64,000 bases of DNA from Mobula hypostoma (lineage: Eukaryota): the NCBI RefSeq assembly GCF_963921235.1, contig NC_086118.1:25298001-25362000 (forward strand). Direction: 5' to 3'. This document shows, one piece after another, positions 1 through 13,345 of the stretch. Position 1 is the first letter of the stretch. Every line of letters starts with the position of its first letter. The position numbers and the translations under genes are program-made. The notes under the pieces were generated by a model that was given only the letters and a program-made list of their open reading frames with translations, did not search any database and was not told the DNA's origin.

Positions 1-486
1 TAGGCTACGCTGAATTCTCTTGCAGTAGAATTAAAAACTTGATATGTGATCTTCATTCACCCCAGCGTACGGTCAGAAAACTAAAGCCCAGCACTGAACA
101 CCAGTTCAGGGTATATGTTTGACTCTTGTTGACACAATGCCGCACCGGTCCCTGTCTGAATGTTTAGTACACTGAAGCATTTGCGTTTTGTAAATATTAA
201 CGGAGGGGTATGCTCAAATCTGCACAGCATGAATTATATAATTTAATCAAATTTCTTGGTTGGACCCCGAAAATTCACCTTGAGTGGTATTAGACTATGA
301 AATCGTGTTCCTCTGTGCAGACTGCTTCAAGTCTCCTATAATGTAGATTGTGAAACGGTTTAGTGTAGGAAACAAAGGGTGTAACAACTAAGCACACGCA
401 ACATTATTAATGTAGAGCATGATTGGAAGTGCAACAGAGTTTTATTGATTTGACGGTAAGAGTGAAGACAAATGATAAATACAAAC

Positions 487-606
487 CTTTCTCTGTTCCC
501 TCTGCTTCAATAGCAGGAGCATTAACATGGACACCCGGTATTCATATGTAAAATCGCCGATTTCAAACCGGATGCTTCGTGCCCGCCGTTTAGCATTCGA
601 CGCCAT
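487..606 (-). other. Possible first coding exon of a gene running out of the window to the left (unidentified)
   Basis: Strong Kozak gccaATGG at 606 opens 40 codons (MASNAKRRARSIRFEIGDFTYEYR...REQRK) ending at AAG|GTTTGT, a plausible phase-0 donor. It lies next to a CpG-rich promoter-like patch. No homology recognised. Confidence 0.2.
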
Positions 607-960
607 TGGCAATGTTGTGTGTTCGCTACCTGGCAACTGTACACATAGCAAACAAGAGTCTAGTCTGCAGCGCCCGGTAGAGTTTTTTAAAGGGCAGTTC
701 TAGTTCTCTTTAATGTAAACACATGCAAAACTGCAGTACCTGGGCTGTAGCGGCGTTTTGCGTGTGCGTGTTATTTCACTTCTCCGTTTCCTGCTTTTTT
801 ATGAGGCATTTGAGACGACAGCCCCGGCTCTTCCTCATTTCCGATCGACTTAAAACTTTTGTTCTGTTCCACTCCCTATGGCTCTTGACTGTCTCGGCAA
901 AATCATTTTCTTTTCAACTCTGCAGCAATGCTTGTATTTAAAATCGAGACGTGGGTAGCG
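540..960. promoter_or_regulatory. CpG-rich promoter-like region with an RFX X-box-like motif (625-637)
   Basis: Many CpGs against a CpG-poor background and no recognisable repeat. GCTACCTGGCAAC (minus GTTGCC-A-GGTAGC) resembles the RFX consensus GTNRCC(N0-3)RGYAAC with one mismatch. Confidence 0.4.
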
Positions 961-1971
961 AGCTCTCTTTCTGCAGCTGTTGCTCAAGGTCATGGCTCAG
1001 GCCGTCAGCCTTCCCTGCATTCATTTGGAGATATTGAAGATAATTCTACCATCCCCACTGATGAGCTCAGTCTGCTAAATTATTCAATTCAGATTAGGTA
1101 TTTAAAGATCCAGTAATAAGTGTTAATTTGGCTCTGAGAAAGCACTCTCAGTTTGAAAACGGAAGCTGGGAGGCTCAAGACCTTTATGAGAAAATTTCCT
1201 GAAATTGCACTTTATTGAATCTTCAGAATCTATTTTGTACATCTCGGTGTTGCTTCCGAAGCAATTTTAAAATAAGCTTTTTTTCTGTAATTTGCATTAA
1301 AATATTTTACAGAAAGAATTATGCCTAAGAAGAATAATAATCATAAAGATACTACTCGGTCATTGTATGTGGAATGAAAGCAAGAGTTTGCAGATCCATA
1401 TTATTTACAATAGTCTCTAAATTTATCAAACATGACTTGCTGCAAAACAAAGATCTTGATCAAGGTTCTGACATGTAAAAGATTTAAAATTGGGGAAATT
1501 TAATCAGTCAACCCCAATAAGAAGAATCAATTACTTGTGCATCTGGTGTTCAGCCATTGTGAATGTAGGAATTCAACAGGCAGATTCAGACAATTAAAAA
1601 ACTCTCTGGACACAAATACAGAGCAAGTCTGTGTAATTTGCTAGAAAACCCCATGATAAGAATTTATATTTCAGCTTTTCCCTTTTATTATTATGTTGCA
1701 AACAACAGAAGTGAGCACGAATGCATCTGCAGTGCTTTTTGTGCTCCATCACAGTGGTAAAACTAGACTCTCCAGCTATCAGGAGGTTAAAGAAATGCTG
1801 ATTCCTGAGATAGCACGAATTGGGTCCAGGAATGTTGAATAAAAAAAGATTAATCTTAGTCTGATTAATCCTTTCTCATTCAACAAGGATTAATCAAACT
1901 AGATTTGTACCCTCCCTGTGAATATATGCGCACAGGGAGATGTACTGTAGATATAATGTTGCCTCTGGCAG

Positions 1972-2170
1972 GGGCAGCACAATGGTATTGTTTGTATGTA
2001 GATACTGGTTTCTCACAACTCCAGTGACCCAAATTCAATCCATTTCTCGAGTGCTGCCAGGTAAAGATTGCACATTCTGACTGTGGGTGTGCCTCCCAAA
2101 TTCCAAGGACCAGTGACCAGTGAGGTTGTTGGCCACTGTGAATTACTCCTCATAGGTACGGTAGGTACAC
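1972..2170 (+). mobile_element. Degenerate tRNA-derived SINE (V-SINE/HE1-like)
   Basis: ggcagcacaatgg... head, B-box-like ttcaatcc, and V-domain-like ...ttggccactgtgaatt. Similar to the copy at 27410-27970. Confidence 0.5.
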
Positions 2171-2227
2171 GGACAAACCTGGCGAGTGTCATGGAAGTGT
2201 GAAGGAAATAGGTTACATGGCAAATTG

Positions 2228-2340
2228 CACACACAGAATGCTGGAGAAACTCAGCAGGCCGGGCAGCATCTTTGGAAAAGTGTACGGCATTTTGTGTGTG
2301 TTGCTTGGATTTACAGAATCTGCAGATTTACTCTTGTTAT
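2228..2340. mobile_element. Collapsed fold-back element derived from the Penelope terminal repeat
   Basis: cacacagaatgctgg... on the left and gcattttgtgtgtg... on the right are inverted copies of the terminus seen at 24506-24553 and 13263-13345. Confidence 0.6.
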
Positions 2341-2429
2341 TACATGGCAAATTGCATGGCTTTGAAAGAGAGAATATAATCACAGCTGTAAAGATCACCG
2401 CTGCAGCTGTGATCTCTGTCTCAGGGGCT

Positions 2430-3903
2430 GCTGTTAGACTGTCTGAATCCTCACAAAGTGGCAGGCCCTGATGGAGTACCTGGTAAGGCTTTGAAAACCC
2501 ATGCCAACCAGCTTGGTGGGCATATTTAAGGACATTCTCAACCTTTCACTGCTATGGTTGAAAGTTCCCATTTGCTTCAAAAAGGCAACAACTACACCAG
2601 TGACTAAGAAGAATAGTGTAAGCTGCTTTCATGACTATTGCCCAGTGGTGCTTACATCTATGGTGAAATGCTTTGAGAGATTGGTCATGGCTAGAATTAA
2701 CTCCTGCCTCAGCAAGAACCTGGACCCACTGCAATTTGCCTACCGCCACGAGAGGTCTACGGCAGACACAATCTCAATGGCTCTTCACATGGCCTCAGTT
2801 CACCTGGACAATATAAACACCTATGTCAGGATGTTGTTTGTTGACTATAGCTCAATATTTTACACTATTATTCCCACAATTCTGATCATACATTACAGAA
2901 CTCTGTCCCTCCTTGATTTCCTAACCAGAAGATCACAGTCTATAGGATTGGTGATAATATCTCCTCTTCATTGACAATCAACACTGGTTCAACTCAGGAG
3001 TGTGTGCTTAACCCACTGCTCTGCTCTCTCTGTACACATGACTATGTGGCTAGGTGTAGCTCAAATATCATCTATAAATTTGCTGATGATACAACCGATA
3101 TTGGCAGAGCTCAGATGAAGACGAGAGGGGTACAGGAGTGAGATGTACCAGCTGGTGGAGTGGTGTCACAGCAACAACCTGACACTCAACGTCAGTAAGA
3201 CGAAAGAGCTGACTGTGGACTTCAGGAAGGGTAAGTTCAAGTTCCTGGGTGTCAAGATCTCTGAGGACCTAACCTGGTCCCAACATATCGATGCAGCAAA
3301 AAGGAAGAAAGAAAGCAACTACATTAGGAGTTTGAAGAGATTTGGTTTGTCAACCAAAACACCTGAAAACCACTACAGATGTACCAGGGAAAGCATTCTG
3401 ACAGGCTACATCACTGTCTGGTGTAGGGGGCTACTGCACAGGACCGAAAGAAGCTATAGAAAGTTGTAAAAATTAGTCAGCTCCATCTTGGGTACTAGCC
3501 TCCGTAGTATCAAGACATCTTCAAAGAGTGATGCCTCAGAAAGGCAACATCCACTGTTAAAGACCCCCATTGCCTAGGGCATGCCCTCTTCTCACTGTTA
3601 CCATCAGGTAGGAGGTACAGAAGCCTGAAGGCACACACTCAGCAATTCAGGAACAGCTTCTTCCCCTCTGCCATACTATTCCTAAATGGACATTGAACCA
3701 GTGAACGCTATCTCACTTTTTAAAAATATATATTATTTCTTTTTTGCACTATTTTTAATCTATTCAATAAACATATGGAATTGATTTACTTGTTTTTTTT
3801 TCCTTTCTATATTATCATGCATTGCATTGTACTGCCACTGCTAAGTCAAAAAACTTCACGGCACATACCAGTGATAATAAACCTGATTCTGATTCTGATT
3901 CTG
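2430..3903 (+). mobile_element. Rex1/Babar-type LINE, 5'-truncated and degenerate
   Basis: RT motifs LTSMVKCFERLV, LDPLQFAYR, YVRMLFVDYSS, KFADD and LNVSKTKEL, with frameshifts. Ends in a (CTGATT)n tail at about 3882-3903. Confidence 0.9.
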
Positions 3904-4369
3904 AAATTAGTAGACATAGAGTTACTCTGCAGATTCAGAAATAACTCGATGAACCAAATGACCATCTATAACATTGTGAAATATGAAAATATAATCTGAT
4001 CAAACTAAGGGGTCAGCCATTGAAGACAGAGTTGAGGAGATTTTTTTTCCAATAACAGGTTGATGATATTTAGGAATTCACTGTTCAGGAGGCTCAGTCA
4101 GACAAAGAACAACAGGTTCTTAGATATAAAGTGACGTGGGGTTAGTAGAGGAAATTGATGCTGAGTTTGCCCATAATCTTATTGAATAATAGACCAGGGT
4201 TTCATGAAATTGAGGATGAAACTGGTAGAATAGTCAAATGAAAATCAGCACATGTGCACTTGGAATTTTAGAAAGTATTTGAAAATACAAAGAATAATAA
4301 GTAATAACAAATTGAGAGTAAGAAACTTGACTGTACTTCTTGCTGCCCTGTCACCTGGAAAAATGCTAT

Positions 4370-5570
4370 TCCTTTTTCTCAGTTCCTTTGCCTCCATTGC
4401 AACTGTTCCTGGGATGAGGCTTTCCTTTCCAGAAAATCAGAAATGTCCTCCTTCTTCAAAGAATGGGGTTTCCCTTCGTCCACTATTGATGCCACCCTCA
4501 TCCACATCTTCTCCATTTCCCGGACATCGGTCCTCACCCCAGCTTCCCAAAGGGATAGAGTTCCTCTTGTCCTTACCTACCATCCCATGAGCCTCAACAT
4601 CCAGCACATCATCCTCTGCAACTTCCACCATCTTCAATGGGATCCTGCCATCAAATACATCTTTAACTCTCCACCCCTCCACTCTCTGCTCTCTGTCTTC
4701 CATAGTGATTCGCAGGAATCATCTTCATGATTTCCCTGTCCAGTCATCCCTCCCCACTAATCTCCCTCCTGGCACTTACACCTGCAAGTAAAAGATGTGC
4801 TACATCTGCCCATTCACCTCCTCCCTCACTCAGGGCCCCCAAGCAATCTTTCCAGGTGAGGCAACACTTCACCTGTGAATCTGTCAGGATCATCTATTGT
4901 ATCCAGTGCTCCCAATGCACCCTCTTCTACATTGGTGAGACCCGACGTAAACATGGGGACCTTTGTCGCGTACCTTTGCTCCATCTGCAACAACAGGATT
5001 TCCTGGTGGCCAACCATTTTAATTCCAATCCCCACTCCTATTCTGACCTGTTGATTCATGGCCTCCTCTGTTACCATGATGAGGTAGGTTGGAGAAGCAC
5101 CTCATATTCTGTTTGGGTAACCTCCAACCTGATGGTATGAACATCAATTTATATAACTTCTGGTAACTATTCCCCCTCCCTTTTCTTTCATCTTCCATTC
5201 CCTACTTTGGCTCCCCTCTTACCTCTTCTCTTCTCACCTGCCCATCACCGCCCCTGATGTCTCTCCTCTTTTCCAATCATATTCCTTCTTCTTCAGCCCT
5301 TTACCATCTCCACATATCAACTCCCACCTTCTCACTTCATCCCCCCTCAGCCATCCACCTGTCTTCACCTATCACCTTCTAACTTGTGTTCCTCCCCTTC
5401 CCCCTACCTTCATATTCTGGCTTTTTCCTTTCCACTCCAGATGAAGGGTCTCATTCTGAAATGTTGGTTCTTTATTCCTTTCTGTAGATGCTGCCTGGCC
5501 TGCTGAGTTCCTCCAGCATTTTCTGTGTGTTGTGTTACTCTGGATTTTCAGCATCTGCATCATCTCATAT
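4370..5570 (+). mobile_element. Penelope-like element, 3' portion, degenerate
   Basis: RVPLVLTYHP and the GIY-YIG region (IIYCIQCSQCTLFYIGET), a pyrimidine-rich UTR, a decayed hammerhead at about 5435-5470 and the terminal repeat. Confidence 0.9.
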
Positions 5571-5739
5571 GTTCATGAGGGTAGGAAAACCTTTATGTTC
5601 AGTTGTGTACACATGATCAAGTAGTAGAGGGTAGTTCAGTCGCTGTTGAAGTAAACATGTTGCTCTATGTGTTGTGTGCCATAAAACTTTCCCTTATAAA
5701 ATGATCCCCAGACAGGAATAATGCATTATGAGAGCAGAG

Positions 5740-6150
5740 GTGTTACCCAGCTTCACCCTAGTCAGCCGGCTCTCCCGTCCATTCTGCTCTCCAATGGACA
5801 TTAAATTGGACTACATCTGACTCCAACGAAATACTCGACGGGAGTGACGCCGCCGTTCAGCTGTTTATTTATGTAACAGTTTTTCCCCCAAGCCATCAGA
5901 CTACCAACAAACTGCCCTCCGCTGTCTATTGTCTTGTTTATTATTTATTGTAATGCCTGCACTGTTCTGTGCACTTTATGCAGGCCCGGGTAGGTCTGTA
6001 GTCTAGTTTTTGTGTTGTTTTATGTAGTTCATTGTAGTTTTTGTATCATTTCATGTAGTACCATGGTCCTGAAAAATGTTCTCATTTTTACTGTATACTG
6101 TACCAGCAGTTATGGTTGAAATGACAATAAAAAGTGACTTGACTTGACTT
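5740..6150 (+). mobile_element. Internally deleted Rex1-type LINE remnant
   Basis: An LPSILLSN-like endonuclease start joined to a 3' end (cccccaagccatcagact), then AATAAA and a (GACTT)n tail. Confidence 0.6.
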
Positions 6151-7009
6151 CACCAGTGTACTGAGTACTTAATGGACTAGAGAATATCAGTGCAACAACA
6201 GGCTTACTTTAAGAAATACCACAGTGTAAGACTATCCAGCTCATGAATGTGGTCTGAACTGAAGATGGCAGAAATCTTAGAAGAAACAGAAAATGCTTTA
6301 AATACTTGGTGTGTCTCTCTGCAGATGCTGCCTTGCCTGCTGAGTATTTCCAGTAGTTCCTATTTCATTTTGTAAATATGATATTTGTTCTAAGGCTGCA
6401 GCTCATTTTCTATGCCAAGCCCTCAAATACTACATTATGTTCCCTGCATCTCATTTAAAAGGCATGTTATGAAAGTTATAACCAGACAACCTGGGCTGTT
6501 GAAAGTCTTAATTTGTCTCTGGTCATTAATTGGCAGTTTGCGTCAGTTTCAGTTATGACCCACCTGCACTAATCATTAGGAAAATAAACAGAATTAGTGA
6601 ACATGCTAAATGATAAACCAGTCAATGTGGAATAACAGCATATAAACTGTCACCCCAGTCCTGACAAGGATTAAGTCACATGCACAGCAATCATATTGTA
6701 AACCATTTTCAAACTCGCCCATACAATGCAGAGCTTTTTGGATCTTTGTTACAGGTGGCAAAACAGCATAAATGTTTCACTGCAAAAATAGCATCCTGGT
6801 AATTAGCATAAATTCCATTACCTTGCAGCAGTTTAACCATGTTATTTTGTGTTTCAGGTATATATTCAATCTATTGCATGAAAGTTAATTAATAATTCTG
6901 GAAAAAATATACTTTCTATAAAATAAGTGAAAAAATACTGCAAACTTCATAAAAGTGCAATAACCTGCAATGACTGTGCTTCCATTCTGTAGGTAATGGA
7001 GAAAGACAT

Positions 7010-7905
7010 CAAAGTTCAAAGCAAGTTTATTATCAAAGTACATATCCTACAAAAGGTAGTGGATTTGGCCCAGTACATCGTGGGTAAAGCCCTCACAAGC
7101 ACTGAGCACGTCTACCTGAAATGTTGCGTAGAAGAGCAGCATCAGAGATCCTCACCGCCCAGGTCATGCTCTTTACTCGCTGCTGCCATCAGGTAGAAGG
7201 TACAGGTGCCTCAGGACTCTCACCACCAGGTTCATGAACAGTCACTACGTCTCAACCATCAGGCTCTTGAACAAAAGGGGATAACTACACTCATTCTACT
7301 TCTGGTGTTCCCACAACCAATAGTCTCACTTTAAGGACTCTTTATCTTATTATTTCATGCTCTCATTATTTATTGCTATTTATTTATATCTGCATTTGCA
7401 CCGTTTGTTGTTCATTGATCCTGTTTACAGTTACTGTTCTATAGATTTGTTAAGTATGCCCACAGAATCTCAAGGTTGTATGTGGTGACATGTATGTACG
7501 CTGATGATAAATTTTACTTTGAATATTGAACTTTTTGAACATATATGTCACCCTATACAATCCTGAGATTCATTTTCTTGAGGGCATTCACAGTAAATAC
7601 AAGAAACACAATAGAACCAATGAAAAGCTGCAGCCAACAGGACGAACAGACGACCAATGTGCAAAAGACCTCAAACTCTACAAATACAAAAAGTGAAAAT
7701 GATAGATAGATAGACAAATAGATAAACAAACAAAAACAAATAAACAATAAATATAGAGAACGTGAGACAAGAGTCCATAGGGAACAGTTCAGTAATGAGG
7801 TGAGTGAAGTTGTGGGAAGTTATACCCCTCTGGTTCAAGAGCCTGATGGTTAAGGTGTAATAACTGTTTCTGAATCTGGTGGTGTGGGTAAGGCCTTCCT
7901 GCTGG
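7010..7905. mobile_element. Nested Rex1-type 3' ends: a plus copy (~7046-7538) inside a minus copy
   Basis: The minus-strand tail aaagttcaaagcaagtttatt resumes at about 7545. The inner copy has LQKVVDLAQYI...; ACATAT flanks the inner copy on both sides. Confidence 0.8.
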
Positions 7906-8384
7906 CAGCTGCAAGAAGAGAGCACGGACTGGACTGTCAGACTTGAAAAATGGGAAAGATACATTATTGATCCAGCTATCACTCAAGTCAATTATTTTAC
8001 ATCAGATGTTGCTGAAGCGTTAAAGGAATGTAAAGGCATTTTCAAGACTTCTCAGCAGAGAATTTTGTGCACAGGAATGGCCTGCTGGGAATTTGGGAAA
8101 AGACTGCATTGAATTGTATCTGTTGAAGTTAATGGATGGATAATTATAATGTCAAGTACTGATTATTGTTTCTAGAGCATAACATAATGGAGATTGAAAA
8201 ATTATCCCAATTTAGTATACTTAAAGAAAACCAATTGCATCTGGATAAATAATTGATAGTTAACCTGATCTCCTGTTTGTTTAAACCTCCTGGAAGAGCT
8301 TTGCACATGTTCAATAGCTAATTGGAAAGCCAACCTATCAAGTATTATAGTAGAAATTGATTATTAACCTTCTACTAATAATAC

Positions 8385-10340
8385 CCTGGATTGATGAAGC
8401 CCTGGATGAACCATGAAATCCAGAAATTGCTGTGGACCAGATCAGAGGCATTCAAGACTGGAGATCACCAATACTACAAGAGGTGCAGGTATGATCTACA
8501 GAAAACTATCTCCTGGGTGAAGTGGAGATTCTGGACTAGACTGGAATCAACAAGGGATGCTTGAGATCTGTGGCAGAGCTTGAATACCATGACCGCCTAC
8601 GAAGTTAAATTAAGCAACTTGGGGGATGCAGAGCTTCCCTTCCAGATGAGCTCAATGTCTTTGCTTTGACCACCAGAACATGGAGGAAACATCGAGCACC
8701 CAACATCTCCCAATGATCCTTTGGTCTCAGTGTCTGAAGATGATGTGCGGGCCGCCTTCAAGAGGGTGAATCCAAGGAAAGCATCCGGTACAGACAGAGT
8801 ACCTGGCCAGGTAGTGAAGACCTGTGCTGATCAACTAACTGGTTTGTGTTTCAACCTCTCACTTCAGCAGTGTATGGTACCCACCTGCTTCAAGCAGTCT
8901 CCAATCATATGAGTCCCCAGGAAGGCGTGGTAACCTGCCCAAGTGATTATTGGCTACTGGCACTTACATACTCAGTGATGACATGTTTTGAGTGGTTGAA
9001 GCATACAATATCAGCTCCTGTCTGAGTGGTGACTAGGATCTGCTCCAATTTGCCTACAAGGGCAACAGGTCCACAGCAGATGTCATCTCTTTGGTTCTTC
9101 ACACAACCCTGGAACATCTGGACATCAGGATGCTCATCGATTACAGCTCAGCATAGAGTACTATCAAACTCTCAAAACTAATCAGTAAACTCCAAGACCA
9201 GGGCCTCAATACCCCCCAGTGCAACTGAATCCTGGATTTCCTCATTTGCAAACACCAGTCAGCTCATATTAGCAAAAACATCTCCTTTGCACTCTCCATC
9301 AGCACAGGTGCACCACAGTGCTGTGTGGTTAGCCCACTGCTCTACTCATTTTACACCTATGACTGTGTGGCTAAGTACAGCACCAATACCATATTCAAGT
9401 TTACTGATGACACCACTGTTTTAAGCCGAATCAAAGGTGGTGATGAATTAGCATACGGGAGGGAGATTGAAAACTTGGCTGAGTGGTGTCTTGGCAACAA
9501 CCTCTCACTCAATGTCAACAAGACCTGGGGACTGATTGTAGACTTCAGAGGAGGGAACCCAGAGGTCCATGAGCCAGTCCCCATCGGAACATCAGTAACT
9601 TTAAATGCCTGGGCGTCACTATCTCAGAGGACCTGTTCTGGACCCCACATACAAGTGCAATTGCCAAGAAAGCATGACAGCACCTCTACTTCCTTAGGAG
9701 TCTGTGGATACAGTATTCGGCATGTCATCAAAAAGGACAAACTTCTATAGATGTGTGACAGAAAATGGCTGCATTATGGCCAGGTATGGGAACACCAATG
9801 ACTTTGAACAGAAAACCCTACAAAGGGTAGTGGACTCGGCCCAGTACGTCACGGGTAAAGCCCTCACAACCATTGAACACATCTACTTGAAATGCTGTCA
9901 TAAGAAAGCAACATCCATCATCAGAGATCCCCACCACCCAGGCCATGCTGTTTTCTCACTGCTGCCATCATGTAGAAGGTACAGATGCCTCAGGACTCTC
10001 ACCACCAGCCTCAAGAACAGTTACTACCCCTCAACCATCAATCAGGTTCTTGAACAAAAGAGGATAACTACAATCATCTATTGAGATGTTCCAACAACCA
10101 ATGATCTCACTTTAAGGGCTCTTTATCTTGTTATTTCATGCTCTCATTATTTATTGCTATGTATTTATATTTGCATTTGCACAGTTTGTGTCTTCTATGC
10201 TCTTGCTCTTTCACTAATCCTGTTTATGGTTACTGTTTGATAGATCTGCTGAGTATGCCCACAGGAAAAAGAATCTCAGGGTTGTATGTGGTGACATGTA
10301 TGTACTCTAATTATAAATTTTACTTTGAAATTTGAACTTG
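8385..10340 (+). mobile_element. Rex1/Babar-type LINE, degenerate
   Basis: VNPRKASGTDRVPG, SPLLYSFYTYDC, KFTDDTTV, LSLNVNKT and SLLPSCRRYR, followed by a 3' UTR with a tttgaa-type tail. Confidence 0.9.
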
Positions 10341-10750
10341 AATAAGGTGAGTCATCCTCTAATACCATTCTTCTATTCACTGTTCTAACTTTCCCATTTT
10401 GCCTAAAAGCAAGTTCTCAATTGTGCTGTATAATAACTTAATGCATCTATTGTGTCCAGTGTGTATGTTACAAGTATTTTTAATTATGAAACAAAATAGT
10501 TGAAGTATTTAAGTATAAAGGCAATTTCAACTACCTAAATGTTAAATATTAATCTCATGGCACGTTTGTCATACGAGGAGAGTCTAATCAGATTGAGATG
10601 GGATTCACTGTAGAGATGATCTCATTGAAACATGAAAGACTTTAGCCATTTAGGACAGGTGAGAAGACATTTATTTACATGGAGGACAGTGATTGTCGGA
10701 ATTCACTTACCCAAGCAGCCTGTGTAATCCACCATTTATCTAAGACAAGA

Positions 10751-11224
10751 TGTGTATCCAGGAGGCTCCCGTTGAGGGAGGGAGGGGTACTGTCATGGTT
10801 CCATTTGGCTGTTCCCCTTTAACACTCCTTTCTCCCTGATTATGCCCTAATTTCAGTCATTAGATTTCCAATTGCTGCTAGTTTACTTAATTACAGTACA
10901 CCTGGTTTGCATCAGAGACTGAAATAAGTACAATGGTGTCACTGTCACAGGTTGCCAGTTTGTTGGTTCGTTCTTGTGTAATATTTTGTTCTCTTGTCTG
11001 ATTAGAACTGTTAGTTCTAAGTTTAGTTCTAAGTTTAGTTCTTAGTTTAGTTCTAAGTTTAGTTCCAAGTTCAGCTCTAGTTCCAGATAGTCCCCGTAAA
11101 TCCCATCTCCTTGTCAAGATTCCTCCGGGTTGCTTTTCTATATCTACGTCTATGCCAGCATCCCCAACTCAGTCAACACGCCGGTGTCCTGCACCTGGGT
11201 TCTCCTCAGTCGCCCCATGCAACA
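10751..11224 (+). mobile_element. Gypsy 3' end: PPT plus one LTR (10791-11224), inserted in an old CR1 tail
   Basis: The purine tract gagggagggagggg-tac directly precedes TGTCATGG, and the LTR ends in ...GCAACA. CR1 3'-type sequence lies on both sides. Confidence 0.7.
11011..11070 (+). repeat. 12-bp tandem repeat (TTAGTTCTAAGT) x ~5 inside the LTR
   Basis: Directly visible; it produces the TKLR repeat in spurious ORF 10887-11117. Confidence 0.95.
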
Positions 11225-11680
11225 GATCAATGGACTTCTAGATTTTAAAGGACTCAAGGTGCGTTTATAGAATCAGCGCAGGAAAGTGATGCTGAGGCAA
11301 ATGCTCAGCCATGATCTTATTATATGCCAATGTAGGTACAAGAGATAGAATAACCTATTAGTCATTTCATTAGAAATGCTCCTTTCAGCTCTCAGCTTCA
11401 TCAGCATTTTGGATTTTTCTGCAGAAGTCTTTTATTCCTTACCTGGCTTGCCTGTTGATATTTATATTTTGAAATGTTTTCCTTTTACTTTTCACCAAAC
11501 TCTGCTATGAGCAATTATATTCTTCTTTCCACTCCCTTGAACAATGTGGCCCAACAAATACTTTAAAAAAAACATAAATTTGCATTTTGATAATAACGAA
11601 GATGATGAATTAGTTTTCTGCAGTCTTTTATTATATCATTCAATTGTATATGTGTATATATACGTATATATACATACACA

Positions 11681-12140
11681 CACTCAGTGGCCACTTTATT
11701 AGGTGTTGGGTATCAGGTATAAATTGAATTTAGACTGGTCTTTTGCTGCTGTAGTGGCTGTAGCCCACCCACTTCAAGTTTCGACATTTTGAGCGTTCAG
11801 AGTTGCTCTTTTGCACGCGCACCACTGTTGTAACATGTAGAGCTACTGTCAGCTGAACCAGTCTGGCCATTTTCCCCAAACCTCTCTCATTAACGAGGTA
11901 TTTTCACCTACAGAACTGCTGCACACTGCATGTTTATTTTGCACCATTGTTTGTAAACTCTGGAAACTATTGCGCCTGAAAATCGCAGGAGGTCAGCAGT
12001 TTTTGAGGTACTCAAACCACCTGGTCTGACACTATCTATCATGCAGAGTCAAAATCAATTACATCACATTTCTTTCCCATTCTGATGCTTAGTCTAAACA
12101 ACAGAACCCCTTGACATGACTATATGCTTTTATCTTGCTG
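11681..12140. mobile_element. Tc1/mariner-derived non-autonomous remnant
   Basis: Starts with the TIR-like CACTCAGTGGCCACTTTATTAGGT after a TA/CA microsatellite. A second TIR was not found. Confidence 0.6.
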
Positions 12141-12654
12141 ACATATACAGTACATATATATATATATGTGTGTGTAAATACAGTATATTGTAATCTGGTT
12201 AACAGCATATTTGTACCTTTTTATTCTAATTCTATGGAAAAAAGAGCAATCATTTAGCTAAAATGTGAAACAAGTTCATTAGTTTGCTTTTTTCCCCATA
12301 ATTAATTAAATAAATTTTGTAAAAGGAAAACTATAACAATCTCTTCTACAATTAAGTATTGAATTAGCATCAAGTGCCATTTGGGCAAAAGTGCTATATG
12401 TTTCTAAATGGTGTAAGACTTTCTCCAGATCTGCTCGTGTAACAATCCCCACAAAGCAGGTACCAACCATAGCACCCTCCTATTCACTTAGTATCGCACA
12501 AAGTAGAAACTGTTTTGCAAATCTGCAGATGAACGAGCGCATTTACCTTTTGTTGGAACTGCCTTTCCATCTAGACTCTTTAAAAGGGTTGCCAATTTAA
12601 AATAATAAAAGTGAATGCAATTGTTAATTAAATACGCTTCTGGAGAAAGAAACA

Positions 12655-13345
12655 ATAGTTTCCTTCCAGGTGAACCTGCGAATCTGTTGGGAGTTTGTCT
12701 ATTGTATCAGAGCTCCCAATGCGGCCTCCTCTACATTGGTGAGATCCGACATAAAAGTGGAATTTTCCACTGGCCAGCCATTTTAATTCCTATTCTCCTT
12801 CCCCTTCTGATATGTTGATCCTTGGCCTCCGCTTTTGCCACAATAAGGCTACTCTCAGGGTGGAGGAGCAACACCTCATATTCCCTCTAGGTAACCTCTA
12901 ACCTGATGGCATGAACATTGATTTCTCCTTGAGTTAATTTTTTTCCTTCCTCCCCCCAACTTCCTTCTTCTATTCCCCATACTGGCCTCTTACCTCTTCT
13001 CCTCACCTGCCTGTTAGTTCCCCCCAGCGTCCTTCCTTCTTCCCTTTCTCCCATGGTCCACTATCCTCTCTCCTATCAGATTCCTTCTTCTCCAGTCCTT
13101 TACCTTTCCCACCCACCTGCCTTCACCTATCACCTTCTAGCCAGTCCTCCTTTCCTTCCCCTGCCTGCCCACCACCTTTATTATATTCTGCCATTTTCCC
13201 TCCTTCTTTCCAGACCTGAAGAAGGGTCTCAGCCTGAAAGTTTGACTGCTTATTCATTTCCAGGATGCTGACTAACCTGCTGAATCCCTCCAGCACTTTG
13301 TGTGTATCGCTCTGGATCTCCAGCATCTGCAGAATATCTTGTGTT
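12655..13345 (+). mobile_element. Penelope-like element 3' fragment
   Basis: CGLLYIGE GIY-YIG remnant, pyrimidine-rich UTR, hammerhead-like motif at 13212-13247 and terminal repeat. Confidence 0.85.

Noticed and set aside
928..1116. 62-aa plus ORF with acceptor-like and donor-like sites
   Set aside because: No recognisable homology, and I found no compatible downstream exon.
10887..11117. ORF with TKLR repeats
   Set aside because: It is a translation of the 12-bp tandem repeat inside an LTR.
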